DNA of 64,000 nt from Lingula anatina. Taxonomy: Eukaryota; Animalia; Brachiopoda. A model generated the notes under the pieces. The model was not told the origin of the DNA. It was given only the letters and a program-made list of their open reading frames with translations, and did no database searches. Made by a program: the position numbers and the translations under genes. Shown here piece by piece: positions 11,805 to 25,159 of this stretch. The number at the start of each line of letters is the position of its first letter. The stretch's first letter is position 1. Location of the stretch: positions 29,580,401-29,644,400 of the forward strand of contig CM120641.1 in NCBI GenBank assembly GCA_051362555.1, given 5' to 3'.

Positions 11805-13799
11805 GTAAGATAACTCTCTTTTTTTACGCATTTTGGGCAGAGAATACTTGTAGAAATAAAAGATGCATGATATGAAAACGTGACAAGGAACTTGAAGGTG
11901 CAAAACCGTGCTTAATTTGCGGTCAACTTGTTTTGAAATAAATGCTGCATTGACCCTCAGCGCGACAAAGAGCGTTGAGGGAAAATAATTCCCGGGAGTC
12001 TATAAATCGTTGTCATGCGGAAATTTGGCATTAATTAGTCTATCGCTCATAGACTTTCAATCTTAGATTGTCGATTGGGGGCGTTGCTGTCGCCACCATC
12101 CTGTCAGTTTGGACGCGGGGGTGTCGTGTGAGAGTGAGACACAGATTTCATTATTTGTATTGTATATACACCTACGTTTGAAATACATTCAGCGTTTTCA
12201 TACCTTAACTTTTTTGTTTAAAAAGAAAAAAAATCACACACTTACTTCGGAGGGAAGAATCAATGTTAGGCTATAATAGTTTTTGAAGGGAAACCACGCA
12301 TGCCTCTCCCCTAATTGTGATTGACAGTGTCCTTGCATCTTGTTGACATGATATCAACTTGAAGTTTACTAAACTGCCCCAGGCCGTCATTGAACGACCT
12401 TGTCCGCGTACACTGGAACACTTATCCACAATATACACTGATCCACAATGCACTTTGAAGAAACTTTCATTTCATATCTTGTTTCACAGATGATGACAAT
12501 AAAGATAAAGTGATAATACATTTTTGCTATTAATATTTATGTGGAGTTGTCCAGTTTTTTTGGTTGCTTTGATTTTGAAAGGAGAAAGGATAACGAAAAG
12601 ATAATATGCTTGGTGTGATTTTTAAATTAAAATGTTTTAGTTACTATTTATAATTGCTTAAATATTTTAACATTTCTTTGATTTGCTTGAAAGAAGATGG
12701 CATGCAGCGACCCATAGTTCCCCTATTCACAGTTCAGAACTGGCATGGTTTAAAAAAACTTTCGCGTGTGTGTTTGTGTGTGTGTGCGTGGGGGGGGGGG
12801 GGGGAGGTAGGGAGGTAGGATGCCTCACATTTACCAAGAAGTTATAAAGAGTCTCATTATAACTTTTTGCATTTACCAACATCAAGTGGTGAGAGTATTA
12901 GCGAGGCAGAAAGTGTTTCAGACAGCACATCTGATTAATTATCTATTGTTTATTATACATTTTTTATTCTCATATTTATATATTTTGTATAAAATAACTC
13001 TTGCATTGCTTTCTATACAAGGTCTTTATCACATACATTATCATATATGAAGTACTTTTTAGGTGATTTATTTTCATTGTCATACAGATTATTGGCCATT
13101 ACTGTTATTATGTGTACTATATTTTCATTTAGTTTTTACTTTTACCTTATCATTATTTTGGTACAATTTATACCTTGTTTATTGTATGGTTAATGGAAAC
13201 ATTCCAAATAGGTGTTTAGAGTGCTTAAACACATGATTTTTTTGTGTTACTGTAACAGCCTTTTGCTTTTAGCATTTTTTACTATTCTATAGGGCTTTGT
13301 ACAAAATGTGTATTGGTTAACAATATAATTATTTAGACCAACAAATGCTGGTCTGTGAGAAAAGTTATATAAAATTAATAAATACGCTGATACAAGTTTT
13401 TCTAGTTACAAGACTTTTATACAGTTAAGTGAAATCAGTGATGGTTTCTGTGAGAAAATATTGTAATACACCACCCCTCCCTCTCTTCTCTAGGATTAAA
13501 AAAACAAACAAACAAACAAAAAAAAACAATTACTTTCCCATTTACTTGTGCCAAATCGCAATTATATAACATATAACTCTTTTTTTCACCACAAGACAAG
13601 TTTCATTAGAAAAATTTATTTATGCAATATATATGCTGAAATAACTTGCTCTGATTCATATTAGACTGCATACAACAGGTAAATCTGGTTACCTCCACCC
13701 CCACATATTACTCATTAAAAATACGATGCCTCAAACCAAATAATATTTTTTCACACAACAAATATATGCATAAACTTTATAATAGCAAATTATTTAAAA

Positions 13800-15050
13800 A
13801 AATTGACGATGGGCACTTTGCCAATGGTTATCTGCACTCATCCTTAAATTTTCACATATCGACATTTTCAAGGTGTGACTTTGAACTTCCATGGGTTTGA
13901 AGACCTTTGCTAGTCTGAATATCCATGATAATTTTATTTCATTATTAAAATTGATGGTCATTATGCATTATGTAATATTGCAACGAAAATGAAGAAACCT
14001 CTATTTTGGACACTGCTTTTATAGTGACCATTAAAGAAAAACCATGTTACTTACTCTTCTTAAAACTTACAGGAAAGAAACACAGGTCTAAAATGCAGCC
14101 TGTGTTGGAAAAGCAATCTAATTGGTTTCTTTTTCTGTTGTACATGTTTGTGAAGTTGTTATCTTTCATATATTGGCATTTTCAATGTGGGACTTGGAAC
14201 TCCCATGGTCATGAAGCCCAGTGGTAATCAAATTTTCTAAATGACCACGTAATTAATAAAAATAAATGGTGGTAATTATAGTTAATCATTATGTAATATT
14301 GCATCAAAATTGACAAAAAGCCAACTTCGTGCACTGTCATCACAAACGTTATGATAAAAAGCAAACTGTGTTACTTATTATTTTTTTTAGCTTAAAAGAA
14401 TGATTCTTAGGATTGACATACAGCTCAAATAAGAAAACCAGCTCTATTGGATTATCATTTTTTATTGAATTAACGCAACTTTTTGTGAAATTCTCATTTT
14501 TCTCATTCTGGCATTTTCTAAGTATGAACTTGAACTCTCATGGGCCTGCTTTTACTTTCATCAGTATAACCTGTTTTGCATAATTTAAATTTGATGTTGA
14601 CTTTGCAGTTAAGCGTAATATATTATTGCATCAGAATTGACAGCATCCTATTTTGTGCATTATTACTTTGTGCTTTTCTTAAGATGTGACTTATGGGCCT
14701 AAATGACCTTTGAGAGGGTCAGTCTGTAAATTTCCCTTGGGTATCACTAAGCTAAGTTCAGAGTTATAAAGTCATTTGCCTAATTAATAGGTTATTAAAT
14801 GAGATTACATAAAGCACAGTTGTTGATATTTCCCTGTCACTGTAAACTCCCAAAGATTAAGCCAGTCTGCTAGATTAATAATAAGGAAGCAGTGATAATT
14901 ATGCAGGTAAATTTTGCAATATCTCTGGGTCCTCTCCTGTTATTGACCATGTTACCTGTTGTGCATGATTAAAATTCAGTGTTGACTGACAGTGCTATTA
15001 TAAACATTATTTATTATTGCATCAAAATTGACAAAATGACCTATTTTGCA
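13800..15050. repeat. Old degenerate tandem repeat, ~320-340-bp period, 3-4 copies
   Basis: CATTTTC..GTG.GACTT.GAACT..CATGG recurs near 13863, 14177 and 14512; ATATTGCA(T)C.AAA.TGA recurs near 13975, 14296, 14622 and 15015. Confidence 0.6.
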
Positions 15051-15853
15051 TCTTTCTTTTCTGTTTTTTGTCTGTACATTTGACAGCTTTGCTGCCTTGT
15101 TTTTAATCTTAAGCATAGATCTCTCACAGGAAAAAAAACCCCGCTGATTATCAAAATTGCAAGGGATTAAATTTCATATTTATTATTTGTTAAAATAAAA
15201 CGTTATTTCAGTGTTGCATATGGAATAACCATATGATATATGACAAATGCACACATTTGAACAGAAAACGTTTTTTGATAATACAATACTTTTGGAGTAG
15301 CATGCGCGTATAGATCTACTGGGGGTAAAAAAGATATTTATTATTAAAATTTGTATAGATCTAGCGAGTTTTAACGTCACAAATCTCATCACATCTCATT
15401 CTCTCTGTGTGACGTCATAATACTTTCAATTTGCTTCGAAGCATTGTATGTTATGCCGGGAGATGGAGCGAGTAAAACTGTACTCATCTGCTCATTCAAA
15501 CTCTTCATCAAATACTGTATATAACAAGGGGAAATATATCTTACAAAAATGTTTAAAATGGGCGTAGATACTGCAACAAATTTGAAAGGAATTTTCAAAT
15601 ATGGAGCATTATTTTATATTCATCATCCAATGACCGTGCGTCTTTGTTGTGACGTCACTTTGCGGGAGTCGTCTCCCCAGCTGACAACCGTCACACCGCA
15701 AACGAGTGATACACACTGTGTTGAACCGCGTTAGCATTCTGACTATTTAAGAAGAAAATTCTGTTATTGAAGAAGAGCAATATGCCATCAACTGTACGTA
15801 TTGTGGATGTGTATTTGGTTGACAATAAAAAAATCAAGAGATGATCTATGGAT

Positions 15854-15856
<3 letters not shown>

Positions 15857-15896
<40 letters not shown>
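15857..15896. repeat. (GA)n microsatellite
   Basis: About 20 consecutive GA units. Confidence 0.95.
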
Positions 15897-15899
<3 letters not shown>

Positions 15900-15940
15900 T
15901 GGGAGGAAGAGAAGAATAGAGGTCAAGCATTATTATCTTG

Positions 15941-16166
15941 GGGTGCTTTCCCAGAGATTAAGATCGATCTAAAGATTAAGATTTAGATCGACCTAACTCC
16001 CTGGGGGTTCACGCTAAATTGCAGTCAGCCGAGGGGGCACCATAGTTAATTACCCCCTTACAGCTTTTAGTAGGCGGGACAGACGCTTAAGCCGGCCAAG
16101 CTGACAGTAATATAGTGAGACTCCCCACAGGGATAGATCGATCTAAAAATCTATGGAAATGGGGTG
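15941..16166. mobile_element. MITE family A, subtype 1 (Harbinger/Tourist-like)
   Basis: Core TAGATCGACCTAACTCCCTGGGGGTTCACGCT...GTGAGACTCCCC...GATAGATCGATCTA shared with three other copies; 3-bp TSD TTG/TTG. Confidence 0.85.
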
Positions 16167-16415
16167 TTGGAGATTGTAAAGAAAAAGCTACCGCTTTTGT
16201 TGTTTCAATATGTTTTGTGCCAATGGCGCAGCGTTGAACTGTTTTTTTTCCTATACCGTTAATAACCTTAGTTTTTTAAATACCTTAAGGGAAACAGAGA
16301 TTTCGCTGCGAAACAATCTCTTCGCGGGTAAGTGTCTTACAACATAAAGTTTATTCGTTTTTCTTAGCATTTGGGTACAACATATATTTAGCATATATAT
16401 TTTCTTGATTTGTAG

Positions 16416-19400
16416 GCACGCAGAAGTGCTTGGGATAATCTTTTAGCTTGTTTCGGGCTAAGAAGAGGCCCTGGTAAGTTTATAGCGTTTCTAGTCTGAC
16501 AACCGCTTTGGTGGAGATAATATATTTAACCAATAGGTGCTACCCGTTTTATTGTAAATATTTAAAAAATTTGTAACTGCACCTTACCAAGCCGTATGCT
16601 TCATCTGTAAAACTTACTAGGCATTCACCTTGAACCCCCAATCATGGTGAGACTCCCCCCCCCCCCCCAACCCCCAACCACCACTACGCACGCACACAAG
16701 CACATGGACGTATAAATAAATTAAAGAGAAAGCTATTGCGCGATATAAACTTACATCACATCATAAACCCAGCATGATTTGTACACGATGTGTATTTTCT
16801 GTACTGAACCTCACTCGCGTATTCGCTTTAATGTTCTCTTTATTATCATTATTAAATTAAGTGAGGTTACACGAAAAACTGTAGGGCCTACGTTTACGTT
16901 GTGTGTTGCAGCTCAAGGGAGAAGGAGTCCTCGTGATACTGGGCCCAGATCTCCTAAGAAGCTTTCCCGATTTCGGCGCTGGTGTCAGAAGAAACTTGGA
17001 AGAGTATTTGCATTTATTGTCATTAAATGTTTGAAGGGTTTCCTTGCTGTTTTAACAAATAAGATGAAATATATATTTCTTTTTTCCTCTTTTCTTACAC
17101 ACTTCATTTCCTCTCCCAATCCTTTTATTCTTTCCCTCCTTCTCTCCATCTTTCTTTCTCTGTAGAAACCCTCAAGTTCAGCATCCTCCAGCGCATCCCC
17201 CTCAACTCCAGATTTGCCTGAAATCCCACCATCTCATGCAGGAGAGGATTTGGGTAGGATTTATCTTACCGTTTAGAAATGTAGAGCTAGTTTTTTTATT
17301 ATTTGTATATAATCAACTACAGGAATAGAGCTCTCTTTCTTGAATTTTTGAGGCTGTAAGCGTATTTCAGTACTTATACATTAATCCCTGTCATATTTGC
17401 AATCGTATAACACCATCGTCTATCATCGATATTAGACGTTCTTCGGATTTTTTTGTTATTTAATGTAGAGGTCGAATCTGTAAGTTCTGAAGAGCTGTCA
17501 AAATTGGATACTCCCCGCAATGCATCTAGAGGAACATACACCGTGGCCGTGTACCCCGGGCCGAAAAGTCCTAAGGTCTGTGTTAGTGGTATAACCATTC
17601 TCGTCCACTGATTTGTTTATTTATTTATCTATTTATTTATTGAGGGTAAAAACATGGTAAATTAAGAATAAATCTTCCACATGGCCCTAAAAATCTACCG
17701 TATTATATGTTATATTCTTTTGACATATTCTCACCTTGTTGTTTACTCTAAATATTTATATATATGATTGTGTTTTTCTGATGTTAGTTACTCATTTCTC
17801 TATGTATACATTTTTATCTTAATTTTTAATTTCATTTATCTATTGCTGTTTTGATTTCATTATCTAGTCACCAGAGAAAATGGCCAGAATAGTTGAGGAT
17901 TTCTATGAATGGATAGGTATGATGCTATAAGGTTGTTTTTTCTCCCTTTCCCTTTTTGATCTTTTACTAATTTAGTTTATTCTAATATTTGATAATTGAT
18001 TTTCTCGTTTAAAAGTGGCTTCGTAAATTGAAATCCGCGTCTTCATTCTTTTCCGTCTTTACCAGCTCTCACCTCCATATAAAAGGGCTTGTATAAATTA
18101 TTTAAATTTTCTGAGAATTGTTATTCCTCTATCTTTGAAATTTTTAAAGCATCATTAACTTTTTAGTCGGTAGTTTAGTAAGGTTGTTGCTATGAAATAT
18201 CCTTTTCTAAAGTTGCCTTTCTATTGCGAATCAGAATTGTCTCTTGCAAAAATGTGCAGCTATTTCAGTATCTCTTACAATAAACACTACAGCTATTATT
18301 ATAATTGTAACTCTATCCAATTATCAATACAGTCATTCTTAAATTGCAGACAAGAAGGATGTTGATCTATTCTATGAAGAAGCCCCATGCCCCGGTCTGC
18401 TCGACGAAGAGAACTTTAAAATTCATCACCAGCTAGGATCAGGGGCCTTTGGCAGCGTTTTCTTGGGCTCTGAGCTCTCCTCGGGCGACTTAGTGGCCAT
18501 TAAATTCCTCAACAAACTGGAGAGCCAGGTGTATGAGGATTTGTTTTACGAAGGACTAGTCCTCTATAGCATAAATGAGGCAGCATCGAGGATAAAGATT
18601 GCACCCAGGTTTATTTTATGTCTTTCTACCTCTCCTCCCTCTGATGCTTTTTTAATTTTTCAACAATTCGAACATTTGTTTGATTTTTTCCTTTACTTTG
18701 ATAATTTCATCATTTGTGAATTTTTACATTTTTACGTCCATTCAGTGATTCAATCACTATTACAAAATCTTTATTTTTCTTTTCGTCAAGGTTTGTTGGC
18801 TTGCTGCCGATAAAGGAAGACCAGCGTCCTGTCTCCACTCATGACATTGCCTTGGTCACCGACTTTTCGCCAAGGGGTTTCCATCACCTTGGCTCAGGAG
18901 CTCAGGAAGGTACCGCGCGTGGCAGAGCCAGTGTCCTTGTGTGAATGGGCATGGGTGATGTTTCAAGTGGCCAGCAAAATGGCACGACTGCACAGTCTTG
19001 GGGTTATAGATAATGACCTGAAAGAAGACAACATTCTGTTGTCTGGCCGTATTGGCACTTACCCTAGTCCCTACATTAATGATTTTGGCAATATTTCGTA
19101 CGTCTCTGACCCCGACAAACCATATAGATTCGATGTTCCCGACCCAAAAGAGCGACTGGAAAGGATGACAAAAAGCATTCATTTAGCACCTGAAGTATAC
19201 TGGAATCAAATCCACCACGGCAAGTGATGTCTACAGCTTTGGGGTAATTCTCCAGCGCTACGGCCTTGCGGATTTGATGGGGATGGAGGATTTTGTAACC
19301 CGGTGCTGCTATCTGTATCCCTCTGAGCGACCATGAAGGAAGCCGCAGAAGTCCTCCTCTCTGTGGTGACAAAAGCACAGAGAGACCTGACAGGGCGGAG

Positions 19401-19419
19401 CACTAGTGCTATCGTCTAA
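16416..19419 (+). pseudogene. Intron-containing protein kinase gene disrupted by frameshifts (unprocessed pseudogene, or assembly indels)
   Basis: In-phase exons 16416-16473, 16912-17003, 17166-17253, 17469-17575, 17868-17916, 18350-18608 and 18791-19419. Motifs: LGSGAFGSV (Gly loop), VAIK, VIDNDLKEDNILL (Asp at the usual His position), INDFG, HLAPE, SDVYSFG, PSERP. Frame breaks at ~18865, ~19209 and ~19332. Start codon not found. Confidence 0.85.
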
Positions 19420-19797
19420 GGGAAGGAAACCCCCAACAAAAAAACCCGGGCAGATGGAGCTCGTTAGCGGACAGCAATCGTCTAAGGGAAGGAAAACCCC
19501 GACAGAAAACCCGGGCAGATGGAGCTCGTTAGCGAACAGCAATTGTCTAAGGGAAGGAAAACCTCGACAGAAAACCCGGGCAGATGGAGCTCGTTAGCGG
19601 ACAGCAATCGTCTAAGGGAAGGAAAACCCCGACAGAAAACCCGGGCAGATGGAGCTCGTTAGCGGACAGCAATCGTCTAAGGGAAGGAAAACCCCGACAG
19701 AAAACCCGGGCAGATGGAGCTCGTTACAGCAATCGTCTTAGGGAAGGAAAACCCCGACAGAAAACCCGGGCAGATGGAGCTCGTTAGACAACAGCAG
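19411..19797 (+). repeat. 65-bp minisatellite (~6 copies) starting at the kinase stop codon
   Basis: Unit CGTCTAAGGGAAGGAAAACCCCGACAGAAAACCCGGGCAGATGGAGCTCGTTAGCGGACAGCAAT at 19413, 19479, 19544, 19609, 19674 and 19734. Confidence 0.95.
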
Positions 19798-20828
19798 TCG
19801 TGACGGTTCACTCACTGCAACAACGAAAGTGTATCCTGATACTAACGTATATATATATGCTGTTCAAATATATAAAAGGAACTTTGTCTTTCAATGCGAA
19901 TTGAAAACTGTTTTGTGGGGCGCTCAGTTATCAAACAAAATGATTGACTTAATGCAATGTGTTTTAGTCCTATGGATGGAAAAATAATAACTTTACTTTT
20001 ATACTTGGACAGTATGCCTCTCCTGGGTCGCAAATGACATTTAAATACAGAAAAGAAAGAGTACAAGGCTGTGATGACAGGAAAAAAAGAAAAAGTGACA
20101 TGTGTGTGTTATTATCGTCAAAACAGGATGCATTTTTTAATGATTTAAGAACTGTTAATGAATTGTATTTTGACGCATTTGAGGCTTACATCCGAGATTA
20201 TAAACCTTTTATCAAATCATGCATTTTTAATGTAAAATATGTTAACTTGACTTCAAACAGTTTCATAAAACACATAAGTCATACGGTCTCATTAATTAAA
20301 AATTAGAGACGCAATATAGTGCGTATGTTGTAAGGATGTCCCCTAAAGCTTGCATATACATGTAGGCCTATGTGCGTTTTATGGATATAAGTTTGCCTCT
20401 AAACGACATATCTTATTGGGACATATTTGATCATAGGCATATCGCAGAGACAAAAAAAATTGTACATGTGTTTGGTCCTCCATTTTCAATTAAATAAGGA
20501 ATATATTTAATTTTTTAGAGAGTGAAATAGGCGGCTCATAATTTCAAACATAGATACGAAAACACTGTGTAAAATACTTCTATTGAAAAAATAAAATCGT
20601 TACAACTCTGGTCTTCATCTTGGTGCTTCTTTAATAAAAACATCTTATCTGTACCTTCAGCATTTAACTTTTTTTCATATTTAAAAATCATTAGATTCCC
20701 TAAATATTCAAAAATTCACGAGCTTTTTCTTTTCAATATTATAATTTTATAAAATTGGTACCCTTAATAACAAAATCCAGTTCATTTAAAGATTCGTTCC
20801 CAATGCGAGAGTATCATGCATTTATGTC

Positions 20829-21050
20829 GGGCGGATCCAGGATTATTTGAAGGCTGGGTCCGGAACGACAGGTCTCGGATGCTAAGCCGACCAACGCCCC
20901 TTTGGTGTGGGGTTCTGGGTCTGAAATTTTTTTAGTGTTTTGGAGAGCAAACAGTGCCCTTTGGTACTGTTTAGAACTATAATTTAGCTAGTCAAAATTC
21001 TAATTTCAGGACCCTCCCCCCTCCCCCCTCCACCCCCCTAAATCCGTAAC
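20829..21050 (+). mobile_element. hAT-like MITE of the CAGGGGCGGATCCAGG type (degenerate)
   Basis: Begins GGGGCGGATCCAGGATTATTTG and ends CCCCCTAAATCCG; it is the reverse complement of 21459-21712. Confidence 0.65.
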
Positions 21051-21458
21051 TGTATGTGATACTATGTATAAACGTTGATGAACTCTTAATCTAGGATGAG
21101 TGCTTTTCCTTTCCTAAAAATGTCCGTGCTTAAGTTAGTAAAAATGCGAAATGGATGATGATTTTGAAGGAAAAAAAAAAGAAATCTGATTAGTCTATTT
21201 ATTATGTTATTATGTGTTGATACAAAATGAATCAATAAATATTTTTGACTTATTAGGGTATTATCCCTTTTTTTCCTCATAGCTTATTCCACAATCTTTT
21301 GTAGGCGTGATACATTTAAAGGCCATACTCATATAAATATTCATTTGGTAATGCAAATCTCAGTAAAGGTTGCCATAGTTGAAGTTCGCTCTTTATTGAG
21401 AAATTAAAGGATGTAAATTTGATATTTGTCTTTGGCTTTGTTGATTTTGAGATAGATG

Positions 21459-21712
21459 CAGTGGCAGATTTAGGGGGAGGTGTCAGCCCCCCCCCCCCCC
21501 CCCGACTTTCTGGAAAAAATCACACCAGTATTCCCCTCTTGATGTTAGAATTTTGAAGAGCTGAATCATATAGTTCTAAGCTGCTCCAAATGGTACCGTT
21601 TGCCCTCCATAACACCGAACCCCACACCAAAAGGGCAAGGGTCTGCTTCGCATCCGAGGCCTGTCTTTCTTAAAAAAAGGACCCCCTCCAAATAATCCTG
21701 GATCCGCCCCTG
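21459..21712 (-). mobile_element. hAT-like MITE of the CAGGGGCGGATCCAGG type
   Basis: CAGTGGCAGATTTAGGGGG ... CAAATAATCCTGGATCCGCCCCTG; a related end lies at ~24920-24956. Confidence 0.7.
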
Positions 21713-22090
21713 AGGCTAATATATAGTCTTACAGATTTGCATTTCTCGACTATTTTATACGAGAACGGGCGAATAATGTTATCTTCAAGGATTAAAACAT
21801 TTTGTCCATTTTTTTCGAATCAACTATCAAATGCCATTCATTTGTGATCAGTGAATCAAGTATATCACCTAGTGAGGATTCAGGGGGCAAAACGTAACAC
21901 TTAACAAAATGCCGTAATAAAACGAAGCTAGAAACTTGACATTTACCACTGATTTACTTTATTGGTCTAAGTGGGAGAGCAAGTGAAATTGAAATATTAC
22001 TACTTTTTTCATTTCTTTGCTTACTCAGGAAAGCGGACTGTCAGGCGGGGGCAATAGGCCTACTGGGGCGATACATGCTGTCGTAAGTTA

Positions 22091-22328
22091 GGGGAGACCG
22101 GGGCTAGTTGGACCCCGGGGTAAGTTGGCCCCCCATCAAGTCTCTTTAATAAAGTTACCTTAAGATGCTAAATTATTTCATTTGGACTCACTGCCGACGC
22201 TTTCTTAGCACTATTGGATACGGTCACTTTACAAAATGATGTGATCAATTCTTTTAACCTCATAGTTACTTTTCATAAACTGATGGGGGTCCAACTTACC
22301 CCGGGGTCCAACTAGCCCCGGTCTCCCC
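22091..22328. mobile_element. Tc1/mariner(pogo)-type MITE with ~48-bp TIRs and TA TSD
   Basis: TA|GGGGAGACCGGGGCTAGTTGGACCCCGGGGTAAGTTGG ... CCAACTTACCCCGGGGTCCAACTAGCCCCGGTCTCCCC|TA; TIRs are near-perfect. Confidence 0.9.
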
Positions 22329-22373
22329 TAGGCAGGCGAAGGCGATCTGAGCGAGGACAGTAACCGTGTTGAG

Positions 22374-24665
22374 TAGGGGGCGTCTCGATAGTCCGAAGGT
22401 TCATTGGTCCGAAGGTTCATTGGTCCGAAAATTCGTAAATTTTTCATCAGATTTTCAACAAAAAGGTTCATTGGTCCGAAGGTTCATTAGTCCGAAAATT
22501 AAAGGTCCATTGGTCCGAAGGTTCATTAGTCCGAAGGTTCGATAGTCCGATGGTTCGATAGTCCGAAGGTTCATTAGTCCGAAGGTTCGATAGTCCGAAA
22601 CATTTTAAGATGTTCTTCGATTTTAAGAATTATAATTACAAACGGAATCTAAGGGTGCGTTCCCAACGAAACTATCATTCTACGTAGATTGATCCAACTC
22701 CACCAGGATTCTTACTGTATGCAATCAGATTAGCAATCCTGGAGCTGCTAGGGGGTTATTAACTTTCGTGTGAACTCAGCTTCTAGAATCTTTATCATTT
22801 CGTTTTGAGTGCGACCGAAACGCACGTGAAAATTATCCATATAGGTCGTATTGTTTCCGTGAACTACTCTTTACAATGTGGGGAAGTTTGGGGATATGCA
22901 ATGGCTACCCTTTCCAACTCATGAACACCATACATGTTTCACATGAAATATTGAATAAAGATTGGAACGCATAAAATGAGAGGACGCCTATAATGACATT
23001 TAATCGAATGGCCTGTGCTATTATTTTTGAATTGTATAAGAAACTGATAAAAGTGGTTTTACGCTCCATCAAGGCTACCTTTAAGCGCACACTGATTATT
23101 TTCAAAAGAAAAAAACGGGTGTTTCAATTACGAAATTTTTTGGATTGCGGGAGAGTCCCGTTTTTCTAGAGACCGATTGCGGTTCACGTCCACCCTGTAC
23201 TCATGAATATCAAGTCAACAGTTTCGTAAAAAATCAGTGATAATCGACTTTTCAAGACTGGATGAATAGGTCGGTTCAAGAAAGGCAGTTAACAGACAAC
23301 TCCACCCTCCAGCGACCAATAACCGTACCACCGGTAGACGGTAGACGGCGGTAGACATGGGCTTAATCCCGACCCATCTCGTACGGCCTCCGCCAGTTCC
23401 GCGTCATGGGGGATACAATTAACCGTTACCGTTTCTTCACCTAGACTAAGCCAGATGAGTTGCAGGGGAGAATGCTCTAAACCCCCTTCTCCTTGCAAAG
23501 CCTGAACGTGCCCATGTACTACGCGTATATCCCTTTTTAGGAAAATTCCTTGCAGAGGAAGGCAATGGCTGTGCAATATCATGCAAAAATGGGAGGATTT
23601 ACATCCTCTGTATCCTCCATGATTTTGTCTAAGCTTTTGAAAAATATCTAAAATCTTAAGTGTCTAGGCCGTACGTGGCATTTCATACTGGCATCTCGTA
23701 GATCTCGCAAGTGAGACGTGCGATTTTGGGGTCCGCCATATAGATAAACGTCCTAATAAAATATTCGTCCCGATAGATACGTCTCTATACATACACGTCT
23801 CAATAGATTTACGTCTCGTTAAATTTACGTGCCGATAGATCCACCAACAGATTCCTATAAACCTTTAGATCTTTAGAACCAGGTACCGCTAGATCCATAT
23901 ATCTGACATCGAAATGGGCCTGGCTAAAATGCCGATATCAACTCGAGGTACAGGTATGGGGCTTTCGAGTAATAGTCTGACTGCTAGTACTGACCCACTT
24001 AATTAATGATTTAATTACAACCTGATATTTATTACCGTATAGGTATGGTAAGCTCTGAAAAGGCGCAAACTCCCTTAGAAAACAAATTTCACACGGGTAA
24101 ACGGCATTTTTCCTGGACTGACTTTACCAGTCCATCAATCCAAACAATCCAAGAGCACTTTTACAATTAGTTTGAGTTTCTTAAGATGTCTTAAGATACT
24201 ATGATTAGAATTCAAATTCTTCTAACCTACACATTACTTAAATTGTGTTGTTGTTCGCACAGCCCACTCCCCTCCCCTCCCCCACCCCCCACCCCCCCCC
24301 CCCCCCAAAAAAAAAGCCGTTCCGCCAGCAGTATTGTAATCTGAAATAGAAATGTGGCAACGCCATATCAACCCGGTGGGCCTATTTATTTATTTATCTA
24401 TTTATTTATTTATCTATTTATTTATTAAACGTAAAATACAAGTACGAAGGCAGTTTGAACATGTTGAAATATTCTTAAACAGTTAAACTTCTAATCTGAT
24501 GAACAACATCAAAAATGCTGTCTTTGTAACAAATTCATTTAAGCGAAGAAAAACGTACTATGCACAAAGTAGATACACTCGTGACTCGTGAGAAAATTTC
24601 CATTTGATTTTACAAAATAAACCTTTGCAGTCAACTTCCAATCCCATGAAAAACATCAAGATGTT

Positions 24666-24710
<45 letters not shown>

Positions 24711-25159
24711 TAACTAATGTAATATGCTAGTATTGACGTTATTTTTGCCCGTGCAGACCTAACTTTTAAACCCTCTACCAGGGCGACTGATAGATTTTTT
24801 ACAGATATTCACAGATGTGTCTCCAGATAAATAGGTGGTCATTTTGAGACACCAACAATTTTCGGGGCCTTTTAGCGGGCCCCAGATCCTACGCCAAGGG
24901 GGGTGGGGGCTTTGCATCCGCGGACCCCCCTTCAAATAATCTTGGATCCGCCCCTGTACATGTAATTCACTATACACTTATACAGCGGGCCTACATTCGG
25001 ACTATCGAACCTTCGGACTATCGAACCTTCGGACTAATGAACCTTCGGACCAATGCACCTTCGGACTATCGAACCCTCGGACCAATGAACCTTCAATGCA
25101 CATTCGGACCATTGAACCTTCGGACTATTGAACCTTCGGACTATCGCTACGGAGTAACC
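22374..25159. mobile_element. Foldback/MULE-like non-autonomous element with 15-bp tandem-repeat arms and a 9-10-bp TSD
   Basis: Left arm 22385-22600 is (TCCGAAGGTTCATTG/GATAG)n; right arm 24996-25146 is the inverted (CTTCGGACTATCGAAC)n. CCGTGTTGAG is duplicated at 22364-22373 and 25160-25169. The interior carries fragments of other MITEs (24772-24850, 24920-24956). Confidence 0.8.

Noticed and set aside
15410-15657. Two perfect CRE palindromes (TGACGTCA at 15410 and 15650)
   Set aside because: Cannot be tied to a transcription start and may belong to an unrecognised repeat.
19406-19787. ORFs 19406-19597 and 19584-19787
   Set aside because: Translations of the 65-bp minisatellite.
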